Notes: generated from the letters alone by a model not told the origin. A stretch of DNA of 63,814 nucleotides, filler included, from Dugesia japonica (GCA_001938525.1; 5 parts of 5 records of this genome joined end to end with filler, not necessarily neighbours in it), one strand, 5' to 3'. Shown: positions 11,794 to 25,602, numbered from the whole stretch's first letter. Numbers and translations are program-made.

Positions 11794-13599
11794 TGTACTT
11801 AAACTAAATGCATTTTGACAAGCCCACCTCTTGCGGCGTTCAGGACAAATCTGAAATTAAGAGGCCCTTTCTAAAAATAAACATAAAAGATAAAAAATAG
11901 TGCTCAATTTGTTGAGTTGTTTATTGATATTGAATCGGATGCGAAAAAGATTTTCATAAAATTATTCCCAAATAAAAGTAAACCAAAAAATTAAATATAC
12001 TTCTAGAATACATGTGTTGGGTATGGTTCGTTGAGTTTAAAGCTACAGTATTATATGAATGATATTTTACCGAAAATTATAAGTATGGTATATAGTGTAG
12101 TTGCCTTATATAAATAAATGAAAAATATACCTTCTACTATAATTTATTTTTGGTATATAAAATAATACAGTGTTGAAAAGTCTTATACACCTTATAAGCT
12201 AAATTTATATCGATTTAGAGATGCCGCCCAGAGAGGTTGGATTCTAACCGATCAAAAATGTCTAAAAATTGAGTGAAATCAGTCAGTATTTTTACTGATT
12301 TCACCTGCATGCAAAATGCCCTTTAACTAATAAAAGCAGAACACCTTTACAAAATAAATAAAAAGTTTACTTTTAATAATTAAAATCAATAATTCCAAGT
12401 AATAAAATTTCTATTAATTCCGAGATATTTAGTAATTAAAATCCAAAATCGATAATCTAAAATAATTTTATATACAGCTTTGTACATTGAATAAATTTTA
12501 AATAATAACATAGAGTCAAAATATAATGAATGTTCCGTTATTGAAATAATAACCATCGAATGTTGATTCTGTATGGCCACTGTTCCATGTTGGATTTAAA
12601 TTTCGAACGTTAATCTTGACTGATGAAATGATAGAATATGTATGTTTGTATGTATTATTTATGCGTGTGATGTTTACAGAGATCCCAACACATGTTTAAA
12701 TAAAGATAGTTTTAATGTTAACCTGAATATATTTGCAGATAATGAATATATTCAGTCGATGTATTCAAGGAGACTCAAATTGTCCGGGAAAGCAGCCAAT
12801 AAAAGTACTTATAATTTCGATTTATTTCACCAGGGATTAGTTTTGCCTATTTAGATGATGATATTCTTACTAAACGTATAATTCTCTATCGAATATGTTG
12901 GGTGATGTTCAAACTTTTTATTTTTTCGAAAAATTACTGGTATGATTCGAATCCTGAGATGAACCACTTGATTTTTGAATTTTGCCAGCCTTTTGTAAGG
13001 GTTGACCATGTTAGGTGATTATATTCTTGATCATACCAAATCTTTTTGTCAAATTAATCTGTTGATGTTAAAATTTTTTAAAATAATGACAAAAACTAAA
13101 AAGTCATCGCTTTATATACTACAGTGAACAAGTGTGTATAAATGTATATGTATGTATGCTTGTGTGTGCATACGATTTCAACAAGGTAATGTAACAATGA
13201 GTCATGTACATGCTATACGAATGCAACATAACGGCAAGTAAAACAAAAGAAGTAATCCGATACATTCGACGTGTCTCATTTGCATAGCAATACATTAAGA
13301 CAAATGAATTAAGTGTTGAGAAAATAGTTTCTAAAAGTTTTCAAGTCGGTCCAGGAACATTTTACATCCCACGAACTACTTAATCACCTTAATTCAATTA
13401 ATTCACTCAATACAATCAATTTATTCAACTTAATAAATAACCTGAAAAATATAATGGCAAGTCTTAAAACCAAAATTGTAAAAGTCGAAATAAAATTTCA
13501 ATTAAAATAATAAGAGTGAAAATAACATTACAAAACTCGAAACGAAAATCGTACCACTCAAAAAAAGTATTGAAAACAAGTAAAATAAAATAATAAATT

Positions 13600-15400
13600 A
13601 TAACTCTGTGGGGTTGCTAGGCTTTTGATCTTATTTTAATCTTTTTATATTGTGATCTTTTACTTTTATCTCATCATCATAATCGAACTTTTCTCAAATA
13701 TCTTTTCTGTATGGTGGATGACACCTAGCAACCACAGAAATTTGTATTACTCCTTCTGGTAACACGATCCACCTTTTTCCCGGATCCAGTGGGATTACGC
13801 TGTATCCCGTCTTGGTGATTCAATTTTCATTTGGCTCGTAATTTTAAAATTTAAAACATCTTATTCAAGATTGCGTAAAGATAAACTCAAAACTCAATTT
13901 TCTGTGCACAACTCTTTATTTTACACAAAGTTTATCATTCGTCGAGCTCAATAATATCCTTTGACTTTTCTTTGATTCTATCGGATACTGTTGTTGATGC
14001 TTGCGTTAGTGTGCGCACTGTCGCAATCATTACGCTCTCCCGATTCGCATATGCTTTGAGGATGTCGGCCATTGCTCGACATGTTTGCGATAGTGCGAGA
14101 TCTCGCTCCTGAAGTTTGACATTCTTTGCTCGCAGCGTAGAATTCTTTTACTGCAATTCTGTGATCTCACTTTGCATCCTCCTTTGTAGGATCGCCCATT
14201 TCTTGCGGAAATCTTCCATAGAAATATCCGACAGCTTCTTGGTTTCCGTCACTAAAATATTAAAATATAAGAATCTGTAAATTTTATTGTCTTTATCATA
14301 TTATAATATTCGATTTATAGTTTAAACCTTCCATTTTATCAACATTACTAAACTCAATTTATAAATTTATTTTATCTATGGTTAATTTCATCAATTTACC
14401 GTAAATAAACACTCATTATTTTGAAAAGTCACATGTTCGAGAATAAATTATATTGACGTTTAACACATTTGTTAGACAGTAGTCACATAGGCGAGCTCCT
14501 TCTCTCGTTGTCCTGTTCGGTGATCAGCGCTGCAATTCGCTGCTCCTGTTGATCGACGCGGAGTTGTAACTGATTGACACGAACTAGCTAATCGGCATGT
14601 TGTTCCTCTCGTTGGAGTATGGCTACCTGAAATCGTCCTATCTCCCCATTCTTGGCACGCATTTGTCACCTCATAATCTCTTTCTACTTTTATATTCATT
14701 AACATTTCATAACAATAATCGTCTTTCATACACTTTAACATCTCTTAATGACAAACCATGTTTCCTTCTCAGAATCATTTGCATATTGTTCTCAAAATTA
14801 TTATATTCGGACGCTTCTCATAATCATCACCATATAAATTCTCATAATAATTGTTCACTTCTCATAATCATTATAATATAATTCTCATAATAATTGTTCA
14901 CTTCTCATAATCATCATCATATAATTCTCATAATAATTTTAATATTTAATGGTGGACGATCTCGTATAGGAATTAAACTCGGATCTCTGAGCATGGATGT
15001 CCATCGTTGCCGGCGTGGCCAATCAACGAGGAACACCGTCTCAGTCTTCCGATCGTATTTTAAATATAAATAAAATTACTTCGTGGTCTGTTGCTTGAAA
15101 TAAGAAAATACAACTTGTAATTTTGAACGATAAATTAACAAGAGTGAATTTGTATAATTTTTACGTGTGATGAGGATTTTTGTGTAAAATGTGTTTTCTT
15201 TTATACTATTTTTTATGTCAATTTTTGATAGGTATCGTAGGCGACTACTTAAATTTTTTAGAAAATCGCTGAATCGAGCAGTGCTCACTCGCCGATTCTT
15301 CTACGATATCCAAATTTGGACCTGCTTTTATTTTCATCTTGCTCTCATATTTTCTATTAGAAATTTTATTTTCATATGAATACCGGTGCTCAGGCGGCAT
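13600..15400 (-). other. Unassigned multi-exon coiled-coil module, copy A (decayed; probably transposon accessory region)
   Basis: GC-richer coding-like islands at about 14470-14660, 13934-14252 and 13670-13830 on the - strand. The 13934-14252 exon follows TTTTAG and precedes AATAAA. Protein similarity to copy B. Confidence 0.55.
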
Positions 15401-15654
15401 CATAGATTGCAATAAATTTCTTTATTGTATATGTGGTTTTCTCTCATACAACATTCAATGTATGTGTTTGGTGTTCATATAATTGTAACAACAGCATATA
15501 ATGTGCGGTGCTCACCCGACACAAATAAATCTGATAATAATCCTGTTCTAACGTGCAACGGTGCCGATGAAATCCATCAATTTAGAAAAATAATAATATT
15601 TTTGATTAAAATAATAATTTCATTTTCTTGTTTTACTAAATATAAATAAAGATT

Positions 15655-15747
15655 TTTATAAAAACAATTATTGTGAGAATAATTGTTGGACTTAACCATT
15701 GATCGGATTTGAGATTTCATTAAAATAAGATAAGGCTTCGATCAAAA
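15655..15747 (-). repeat. Dispersed ~100-bp repeat, copy 2
   Basis: Reverse complement of 2030-2137. Confidence 0.7.
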
Positions 15748-16399
15748 CAAAACAAAATTTATTTGTAATAATAATAATAAAATAAATAATAATCCATTTT
15801 ATTGTTGATTATTATTTATTTTCTGTCTTTCGAACTTCTGATATTAATTTTCGTTCATTAATTTATTGAATTATTACTCTTTTTCTTTCTGGTCTCCATT
15901 TATTAATAATAGTCATTCTTTAAACACGGAATTTATCATTTGAGCATTCTCTTTATTCATCGTCTTCGTGAGCACTTTTAATGATTCTTTATCTTTCTGG
16001 GCGCTGTTTATTAATTTCCTTTATCCTAATTATTATTTTGATTTGATTCTCTGTTTCTCATTAATTTAATTCCATTTCTCTTTAGTTTATCATTTTTGAT
16101 GAACCTGTTACTGTATTTTATCATCTATTTTAATACTCCTATTCTCTTTATTACTTCAGTAGCATTGTTTCCTCTTTTCACTAGTTCACTTTGGTTTAAA
16201 CGTTCATGTTATCAACAGGCCTGTTTCAGCCCAACAACTCTCAAAATAAATTTACAAAAACTAAAATTATTTATTTTTAATTGCTTACCAAAAATTTGAA
16301 GAAATACTTTATTCAAATTATTCGTCAAATATAATAATGTACTCGCCTAATTAATAATTAAATATGTTGGGTTTTTAGGATTTTGGATATTTAATAAAT

Positions 16400-18100
16400 C
16401 TGCTTTTCTTTACTCACTCAAGTCTCTCGAGAACACACAAACAAACCAATGTATCATCTAGAGGCATACCTAAAAACCACAAGTATTTGTGTCACCTCTG
16501 TGACATGCTCCTCATTCCACGGGTTCAGCGCGACTTTGTGGTATCGCATCTTAACTTCATTTCCCATAAACCCCAACAACAATCTCTCACATCCGCTCAG
16601 TATTTACTCCTTTTAGGCCTGCAAATTACAGCTACTATCACTATTAAAATGTTTCACAAATGATATAAATTCATTGAAAATACAGTCAAATAACATTTAT
16701 TTAATTTTTGTCTTTTTTTTACATTCATGTATCAAGATCCATGGTGTTAATTTGGCCATCCGCACTTTCTTCCGGGGTTCGATAGCTGAGCCACAATGTT
16801 TTGAGTGTTGCGAACATTTTGGACTCCCGGTCGGCATATATTTTTATCACATCGACCATCAAGCGCTTTGCCTGCTGCAGAGCCAACTCTTTCTCCTTCA
16901 ACTGCTGATATTTAGCGGTTTGTTTTTTTGCCTGTCCCTTTAGGCGAAACACCTCATTCCGGAGCTCTCGGCACCCCTCTTTCCATTTCTTCTGCATCAC
17001 TATTACCTCCTTCGTTAATATTTTAATGACTGGTGAGGGATTCACTAAAGCATAAGAAAGATTTCAATTTGACACTTCAAGCGAATGATATATGCATACC
17101 AAAAAAATATTTAAATTTTTAATCGATCAAATTATATTAGTATTATAAATAGCATTGTTCACAAACTTAAATGTAACCATTAACATTGCATCTTACTCCT
17201 ATTTGACCATCACACAATCATCTCACCCATTGAACACTACTAAAAATTCTCCTGATTTTCTTTTTATCCTGAAAGAATAATCAAACCCAAACGAAAAATT
17301 GAGAACAACAATGTAATTTCACTACTGCCTCTGCAGTATTTTTACTCTTAACCGTGACTTACATATCACACTCTTTAACTCGAAGAAATCAACAAAATAA
17401 CTAAAATTTTCAAATTCGACAATTATACTACAATAATTTTATTTGCAAAACATATTTTAATCACGGACGGAACCGCTCAGGCCCATCAAACCACGGACAA
17501 TTACCCGCTCTTCTACTTCTTCATCCACCTCGGTAGTGTTGGAGAGGGAGTGAATGCCAATTACTTACTTAGTGGTTCGTCGGAGAGCTCCTCTTTGAGC
17601 CGTTTTATTTGCGACATAAAGGACTCTAGTGCTCCTTTGATTTGACATTCGAGAGATCTAATTCGAGTATTTTTTACTGCCAACTGAAGACGGACAGTTT
17701 TGTTGTCGGCTTCCAAATTCCTAATCTCGTCGCGGTGAACTTTCGCTTAATTCTCCAACATCGTCAGTACTTCTTACCGCTCAATGTAATATCGCCCCAC
17801 CTCATCTACGTAGGACCAGATGTAATGAGGTCGTTCGAGCGTTCTCTTTTGTTTTAACATCTAAGAAATTCAAAATAAACAGTGGTTATAAATTAAAATA
17901 CGAACAGTTTGATAAAAATAATAAATGATTAATTTCATTACGATTTCTTCGGCCTGCGGCCTATTGTTTTGATTCCTCCGCTTTATAACATGAACAGAAA
18001 AGATGGTCACCCAAAGCAAACATATTTTCTCGTTCCTACTATCGATAAACTCTATTAGGAATTTCCTTAACGGTCAACACGGCCAAACGAAAATAATTTA
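16400..18100 (-). other. Unassigned multi-exon coiled-coil module, copy B
   Basis: Includes open frame 16725..17045 (EKELALQQAKRLMVDVIKIYADRESKMFATLKTL), homologous to copy A (ERDLALSQTCRAMADILKAYANRESVMIATVRTL). Same island order as copy A. Confidence 0.55.
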
Positions 18101-19795
18101 TTATGATAAATTTTGTACCAAAATGATATAACCTTACAGTGTTCGAAAGTTTTAGCGATATTTTATTCACGTTATCAAAACAAGCATATTAAGAAAAATA
18201 ACTTGTTGTTAATATTCTTTACCAAATTCAAAAAATTCTATCAATTTGTTTTCATTTTTCCAAATCGATTAAAACCCAAAAACAAAAATAATTTGTTATT
18301 AATATTTTCTCTTATATTACCAACAATTATTAAAACTATAAAGCAGTATAGAAACCTGATTATCATTACTCAATTTAAAATATCAAAAGAAAATAGCAAA
18401 GACGTTAATGTGATACAAAAAAATTTATTAGCAATAATTGATTTAACGTAAAAATAATAATAAATAAAAAAATTAAAATAAATGAAAAAATTAAAATAAA
18501 TAAAATACTCCATTAACTCTCGCAACAGCAACCAAAGCACCCGTAAATTTATTTTACCATAAATCAATAAATTTAATTAAAATAAATATACTTTTTTAAT
18601 TAAAATAATTAATAATACTACTTATTTACAATAAATCATTTGTAAGTAGCTAAATAACTAACTGTGTAACACTTACACCGTTACATCGCTCGATTAAAAA
18701 CCAACATACAAATACAGATTGCCATACACACATTATATGGTGTTGGGGTTTTACCCTAGGTGGGTTGATTTATTATTTGATTAGTTCTAGGGGGGTCAAA
18801 CTTTATATTGAATTAAGTCTAGGGTCATTGACCTGGTAAAACCCCGCGATGAATTTAAATCTGGTGTCCCCCAAAAATCCAGATCTTCGGAACGAAGCCG
18901 CTGACTCGTAGCTCGATTACAGACTCGCATTCTTTTAGTTCGGGTTCGTTTACATAATACTCGCTTAATTCTCTAATCAAAATTAGCTTTTACAATTATC
19001 CGTCAATAATTTTCCGTTACCCTATAATTAATTATAATCTTAATAGCTATTTAACGATTCCGAAAAACAAAAGAATTTGTAAGTGAAAAATATATTATGA
19101 TCTAAATTTCACTGGAGATAAAATAATTTAATAGTTAACATAATCAACAAAACTAACGTAACCTGGATCCCGATCTGGAGCAAGCACATAGAAATNNNNN
19201 NNNNNNNNNNNNNNNNNNNNNNNNNNNNNNNNNNNNNNNNNNNNNNNNNNNNNNNNNNNNNNNNNNNNNNNNNNNNNNNNNNNNNNNNNNNNNNNNNNNN
19301 NNNNNNNNNNNNNNNNNNNNNNNNNNNNNNNNNNNNNNNNNNNNNNNNNNNNNNNNNNATAACCACCTGTTATGATAATTGAATATTCTCCGGTCAACTT
19401 TGATATTTTTCTTGATAAAGATTTTTTTTTAATGAAATTTTCAACGGTATTTATACCGGTTTCTCTTCACACCCCCATCTCGTTTATTGGTTAATTGGAG
19501 TCTTACGATTTTTCTGAGTTTCTATTGGCTTGAATGTCACGTGAGTTCGTTTTATTGGTTGTTATTTTAGGATTTCAAAATTATTGGCCAATCTTCAAAC
19601 CTTTATAGCCTTTTTCTGAATCTTGCTACGATTTTCCAACCAACATTTTTGAATTTCCCGATTTTTTCTTGACCAGAAACATTTTAATTGCTAATTTTTT
19701 CATTATGGTTTTGCCATTTTTCACGAAATAATTATTTTTCTTTTAAAAATAATTTATTTTAACTTGTTCGATTTATTTTATTTAAATAAATAAAT

Positions 19796-19895
19796 NNNNN
19801 NNNNNNNNNNNNNNNNNNNNNNNNNNNNNNNNNNNNNNNTTAATTAATTAANNNNNNNNNNNNNNNNNNNNNNNNNNNNNNNNNNNNNNNNNNNN
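19796..19895. other. Artificial scaffold-joining spacer N44-TTAATTAATTAA-N44
   Basis: An identical 100-bp construct occurs four times; the 12-mer has stops in all frames. Confidence 0.95.
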
Positions 19896-20680
19896 TTCTC
19901 TTGTCGAATGTTGAACTTGTCACAAAAAGGACATTTAAGTAGAAATTGTCCAGACAAGAAACCACCAAACATTTTTGGATGTGGTACGATTTGTCATATA
20001 AGAAGAATGTACACGCAGATTGTATGCATTAGATGTAAAGGACCAGGTTACAGAGCGGAAGAATTTTATTCGAACATTAATAAACCAAGACTAGAAGAGA
20101 GAAGATACAAATTTAAAAGCGGACCACAAACAAAAAATTGAAGCCGGACCAAACAAATTCATGCCATTCGAGAAGAATTTGAAGACGAGAATAAAGAGAA
20201 ATTTTCTATGAGCATAAAAGAAAATGAAGATCCGAGAAGAGAATATCCAAAATGCAGAGCTCCATCAGTAGAAGGGTTAGTCGAAGCCATTCNNNNNNNN
20301 NNNNNNNNNNNNNNNNNNNNNNNNNNNNNNNNNNNNNNNNNNACTAGAAGAGAGAAGATACAAATTTAAAAGCGGACCACAAACAAAAAATTGAAGCCGG
20401 ACCAAACAAATTCATGCCATTCGAGAAGAATTTGAAGACGAGAATNNNNNNNNNNNNNNNNNNNNNNNNNNAGAAAATGAAGATCCGAGAAGAGAATATC
20501 CAAAATGCAGAGCTCCATCAGTAGAAGGGTTAGTCGAAGCCATTCAATAAACAAGATGCTGTTTGATTATCCTCAGGAGGCCAAGAAATGGAATGAGATG
20601 CGCAAAGTTGGAAAAAGATATTACAGATTCCTAAAAAGTGTAAGTCTTATTGATGCGGAAGTTCATAATGCAGAGATCTA
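19896..20680 (+). pseudogene. Ty3/Gypsy gag zinc-knuckle region
   Basis: Decayed CCHC knuckles (QKGHLSRNC, CIRCKGPGYRAEEF). Nucleotide homology to 53850-54380 (AAACCAAGACTAGAAGAGAGAAGATACAA shared). Confidence 0.75.
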
Positions 20681-21445
20681 GTTTTTTTAATTTTCAAGTA
20701 ATTTCGTTGGAAATTTAAATTTTCTTTGTGGGATGATTTTTGAAAAAAAATTTTTTATTCTTATTTTTCTTTTCTCTATCTTTATTTTTAGGCGCGAAAA
20801 TTTCTTTTAAAATTTTTTAATAAGTTTATAAGTATAAATTATTAATTATTTTTATGCATTGTTTCAGTAACAGTCTTTTTTTCCTTCAATACCATTACAT
20901 TACTTCTGACATGTACAGTCCGACTGAACGAATCCATCAAGGTCTTTAGCATCCAATTCGAGTCCGTTCATAATTGAACTTATTGATTAGCTCGCGTAAT
21001 TCTAACTAGGCTAAGCTCGATTACAGTATGTAAATCTCCGGTAGCAGTGCTTCATCCGTTCACATTCGGACATAATTGAACACCACTACAATTGTTTAAA
21101 AAACAATCAGTCATCATCGTCAATTATTGACTAGACTCAGATCCGCAAAATGGTCAGGAAATTAATGGGGGAAAAACGACTTGACCCCAGTATGGTAGCT
21201 AGCTCCATGCGTAAGGCATAAGTTATTGGTAATTATAATGCCAATGTATATTAAAATAAAAATACTGGCGTCAAGTCGTTTTTTCCAATTACTCAGTATA
21301 TGTTTGAAAAAATGATAAAAATATAATATTCTTTGGGATTTTTAAGGTAAAAATTAAAAAATGACAAGAATAAAAAAATGAACGTGCTCAACATTTTTAT
21401 TAACCAGCTGAAAACTAGGGTTTAACCATTTTGTTTTTACTTAAA

Positions 21446-24400
21446 ATGTCTACTAATGAATTAACTTGTCCAAATAATCTTTGTAAAAAAGTTTTTAAAA
21501 ATAAATCAGGTCTAACATCTCATGTTAGATCGAAATGTTGTCTTTTAAACAGGGCAATGTTTACTTGTTCAAAATGTTAAAATGCTTTTAAATCTATGAG
21601 GGGATTAACAGAAAATTTGAATTCCACTAATTGTGGTAGTTCAGAAAACGTTCCGTTGTTTTGTGAAATTTGCCAAAAAAGTTTACAAGATAAAATCATG
21701 CAATAGCTCATTTTAATTCAAATAAGCATAAAGAAATGGTTAATAAAATATTATTTAATGAATTACCTGGAGAAGAAGTAGTTGATTTCAATCCAGAAAT
21801 TCGTGATATCTTCAAAATGTATCAAAAAAACTATGAAATTGAATATTTTAAAGAAAGTAAAGTTGAATTAACTAGAAATGTTGAATCCTTGGAAATACCA
21901 TTAAAATGATTAATGAATTTCAATCTGAAATCTTACAAATAATTACAAATATTTCAATTATGGTAAAAAGATTATTGTCTGAATGAATGTCAACTGTAAT
22001 TATAATAAGGAAGTAAATGGTGAAAATGTTGAAAAAATATTTAATTCGTATTCGAATAATAAACAATTTACATTAGTAAGTGAAATTAATGAAAGTGTCA
22101 TTGATATTTTAAATCAACTTTAAAGATTTATGGAAGATGAAGATAGAAATGAATCTGGATGGAATTTAAATTATAATGTAGATTTTAAAATTGAATAATC
22201 AAAATATCAATCTTTAGCTGGAGGGAAATCATCTTATCGTAAGTTATCTTTTTCTAAATCAGGAGTAATTAATATTGAAAATAAAGATGAAAAATTTTTT
22301 TATATTCAATTTTAGCACATAGATATGTATTTAAAGATCATCAAATTAGAGTAAAAAAATATATTCCTTATTTAGATGAGTTAAAAACAACTGGAATTAA
22401 ATTTCCAGTAAATATTGATGATGTAAAAAANNTTGAAAAGTTAAATGAATGGAAAATAAATGTATTTCTTGTAACTGAGTCTAAACAACTTGAACCTTTA
22501 TATATTTCACATTATGAAACTAAACCCAGAGCAGAGCAGAATAAATGTAATTTATTAGTTTATAAAAATCATTTTATTTTATGTTGAAATGTAGAAATAT
22601 GTTATACAATTAACAAAAATCAAAATCATTTGTGTATCAGATGTATGAATTGTTATGGAAGTAAAGACTTATTAATTAATCACCAAAAATTATGTATTAA
22701 TCATGAAATTAGAATTATAGTTTTTTCTAAACATTCTAGTTATTATTATCAAAATTAATATTACAAAAATAAAATATTTTTTGTAGTTTATGCTAATTTC
22801 GAAAGTTGGACTAATATAACAACCAAAAAACAAAAACCATTATCTCTTGGAATTTATATAACAAGTAAATATCAAAATTTAATTCAAAATGAATATAAAG
22901 AATTTTCAGGTGAAAGTATTCATGAAGATTTCTTTGAATTTTTAAATGAATTAAATAATAAATTAAAAGATATAAAAGAAAGTAAATTAAATCCTATTTA
23001 TATGGGTGAGAAACCAGAATTTGAGCAAGGAACTAAATGTAGATATTGTGATAAAGAGTTAACGAAAAATGAAAAACTAGTTTTGGATCATGATCACTTT
23101 AATGGGGAATTCAGAGGATATTCTCATTCAAATTGTAATTTAGAAGACAAATCAATAAAAGATTTATTTAATCCTTTTTATTTTCACAATGCTTCAGGTT
23201 ATGATAATCATTTATTTTTTAAAGAATTAATTAGTAAATATCCAGGTAAAGTTAAAAAGATAATTCCACATACTGATGAAGTTTATATTTCTTTTCAATA
23301 TGAAAGTATTAGATTTTTAGATTCAGCAAGAATGTGTACACAAACTTCAGTAGAGAAAATGGGTGAAACGTTAAATGAATCAGGAAAATATAATCATTTA
23401 AAAACATTTAATTTAAAACCAAAGAAAATACAATTTCTTTATGAATATGTTAAAGGAGAAAATATTAATCAAGTTATTGAATTATTAAAAAAAGAAATAG
23501 TTCCTGAGAAACAAGATTTTTATAATATATTAAGACAAAAACAAATAACTGAAAATGATTATAATGAATTTTTACTAGATTTTAGTAACTTTAATAATTT
23601 ATTTGAATATATGTTACATTATATGAAACTAGATGTAAATACTTTAGCTGATTACTTTGAAAATTTTAGAGAAAAATGTTGAAATAATTATCAAATCGAT
23701 CCAAGTTATTGTTATTCAGCTGCAGGATTAACTTGGAATGCAGGTATGAAATTTACTCAAGTAAAATTAAAATATGCACAAAAAGAAACTTATGATAGCT
23801 TTATTAAAATTGAAAGAGGAGTTAGGGGTGGATATTCTGGTGTTTGTGGTGAAAGACAAGTATTTTCAAATAATCAAAAATCTAATAATAGATTTAAAAG
23901 AACTAGACAATTAAATAAAGCACAAGTTGGAGATATATTATTTTCATTAATTAAAAATAAAATTCCACCAGTAAATTGGAAAGAAGAAACATTTTTAAAA
24001 TATTTAGATGAAAATTCTGTGTATGCTAGTTGTATGACAAAACCTTTACCAACAGGTGAAATCTATAATTTTAAGGATTTAATTTATACTAAATCAACTA
24101 AAGATATTAATTATGTTTATGAAGTTGATTTGGAATATCCAAAAGAAATTCATGAAAAGACTAAATACTTTCCTTTAGCACCAGATCCTTTAAATATTAC
24201 AAAAACTATGTTAGCACATTATCAATTATCATTTAACAAGAAATTAAGTAAGAAAAATACTAAATTAACATTGAATCAATTTGATAAACAAAATTATATT
24301 ATTTTAGGAAGTACTTTAGATTTATATNTNTCTNTAGGAATGAAAATTAAAAANATNCATNCNAAATATAAAATGCCNACAAAACCTTGGTTAAAAGATT

Positions 24401-25252
24401 ATATAGAATTTAATATCAATCAAAGAAATGAAGCTAAAAGAAATAACGATGTTTTTTGGTATGTATTCTTTAAATTATTAAATAATGCTTTTTATGGAAA
24501 AACATTAGAAATCATATATTAGGTGTAATGTTGAAATTGTAGAATCAGATAAAGATTATCAAAAATTCAGCAGTAAAATTAATTTTAAATCTAGTAAAAT
24601 ATTTACAGAGAAAGAAAATGGTGAAGCAGAATCAGCAGCCGTTCATCTTATCAAAACAAAATTAAAATATAATAAATTTCCTTACATAGAATTTACTATT
24701 TTTGAATATGCAAAAGAAGTTAAATATGGTTTTATTTATAATCAGATGGATAAAGAAATTCCAGGAAAGTATAAAATACATTATTCGTATACAGATTCAA
24801 TTTTTGTAGAAATAATTGGTCAAAAAAATTTAAATAAATTAACAAGTTTATTAGGTAATAATTTGTTTCAAATGAAAGATGAGAAACCAAATAATGAAAT
24901 AGCTAAATGTAATTTTATAAAAGCAAGGAGTTATATAATTGAAGACCGTAGTAAAAATATTGAAACTAAACATAAAGGTGTTTCTAAAACTAATAAAATA
25001 GGAATGGAACATTATGATAAAGTTTTAAGTAACCCTAAAGAAAATATTTATGGAATAAATTATAGTTTAAAATCGAAAAAACATGAAATAGAATTAGTGG
25101 AACAAAAGAAAATAGCGTTAACAGGTTATGGTGATAAAAGATTAATAGAAGAAAATGGAATAAGTACTTGGCCACATGTTAATAAGTACAAATGTTCAAA
25201 GTGTAATCAATGGCATTTAAGATTAGATAAATTATTAGGGAAAACTTGTTAA
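21446..25252 (+). pseudogene. pPolB: Protein-primed family B DNA polymerase with N-terminal zinc fingers and an HNH/endonuclease VII insert; multiple stops and frameshifts
   Basis: N-terminal CPNNLC..H and CEIC..H..H fingers; ESGWNL; VINIENKDEK; ExoI VYANFES; CRYC..LDHDHFNGEFRGYSHSNCNL; ExoII FHNASGYDNH; ExoIII LDVNTLADYFENFRE; RGVRGGYS; motif A YLDENSVY; motif B KLLNNAFYGK; motif C YSYTDS (first Asp lost); KHKGV; DKR. Confidence 0.95.
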
Positions 25253-25341
25253 TTTCAAAAGAAATAAAGTTGATAACCTCGGTCGTCGATTTAAAAAACA
25301 AGTTAGAAGTTTAATAAACTCTAATTTTTCAACTTGTTAAA

Positions 25342-25602
25342 ATGGCTGCTAGAGAAAACATAAGTGTAATTATTGAAGATGTAAAAAAAGATACAGAGTT
25401 TATGAAAGATTTAGAACAAGATTATAATAAAATTATAAATTACTCGTTAAAAGAACAAAGTATATTTTTAAAAGATATTTATCCTAGATTTAGAATATTT
25501 AAACAAGCAATTAGTTTAGCTGGTGAAAAAATTAGTAACCTCAAAAAAGAATTAGAAAATAAAAAGAGTGAATTAGAAAACATAGTAAAAAGATATCCAT
25601 AA
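25342..25602 (+). CDS. Maverick small coiled-coil ORF (86 aa), function unknown
   Basis: Intact ORF with AAAATG start directly downstream of PolB; heptad-rich C-terminus. Confidence 0.55.
   Translation: MAARENISVIIEDVKKDTEFMKDLEQDYNKIINYSLKEQSIFLKDIYPRFRIFKQAISLAGEKISNLKKELENKKSELENIVKRYP

Noticed and set aside
12642-12854. VYRDPN as a LINE APE endonuclease motif
   Set aside because: A single short motif with no other endonuclease or RT motifs nearby.
19840-19851. TTAATTAATTAA as a biological motif (piggyBac TTAA target or PacI site)
   Set aside because: Always centred in exactly 44+44 Ns; an assembly spacer.
20090-20545. Apparent ~200-bp tandem duplication in Gypsy gag
   Set aside because: Near-identical copies directly either side of an N gap; most likely an unmerged contig overlap.
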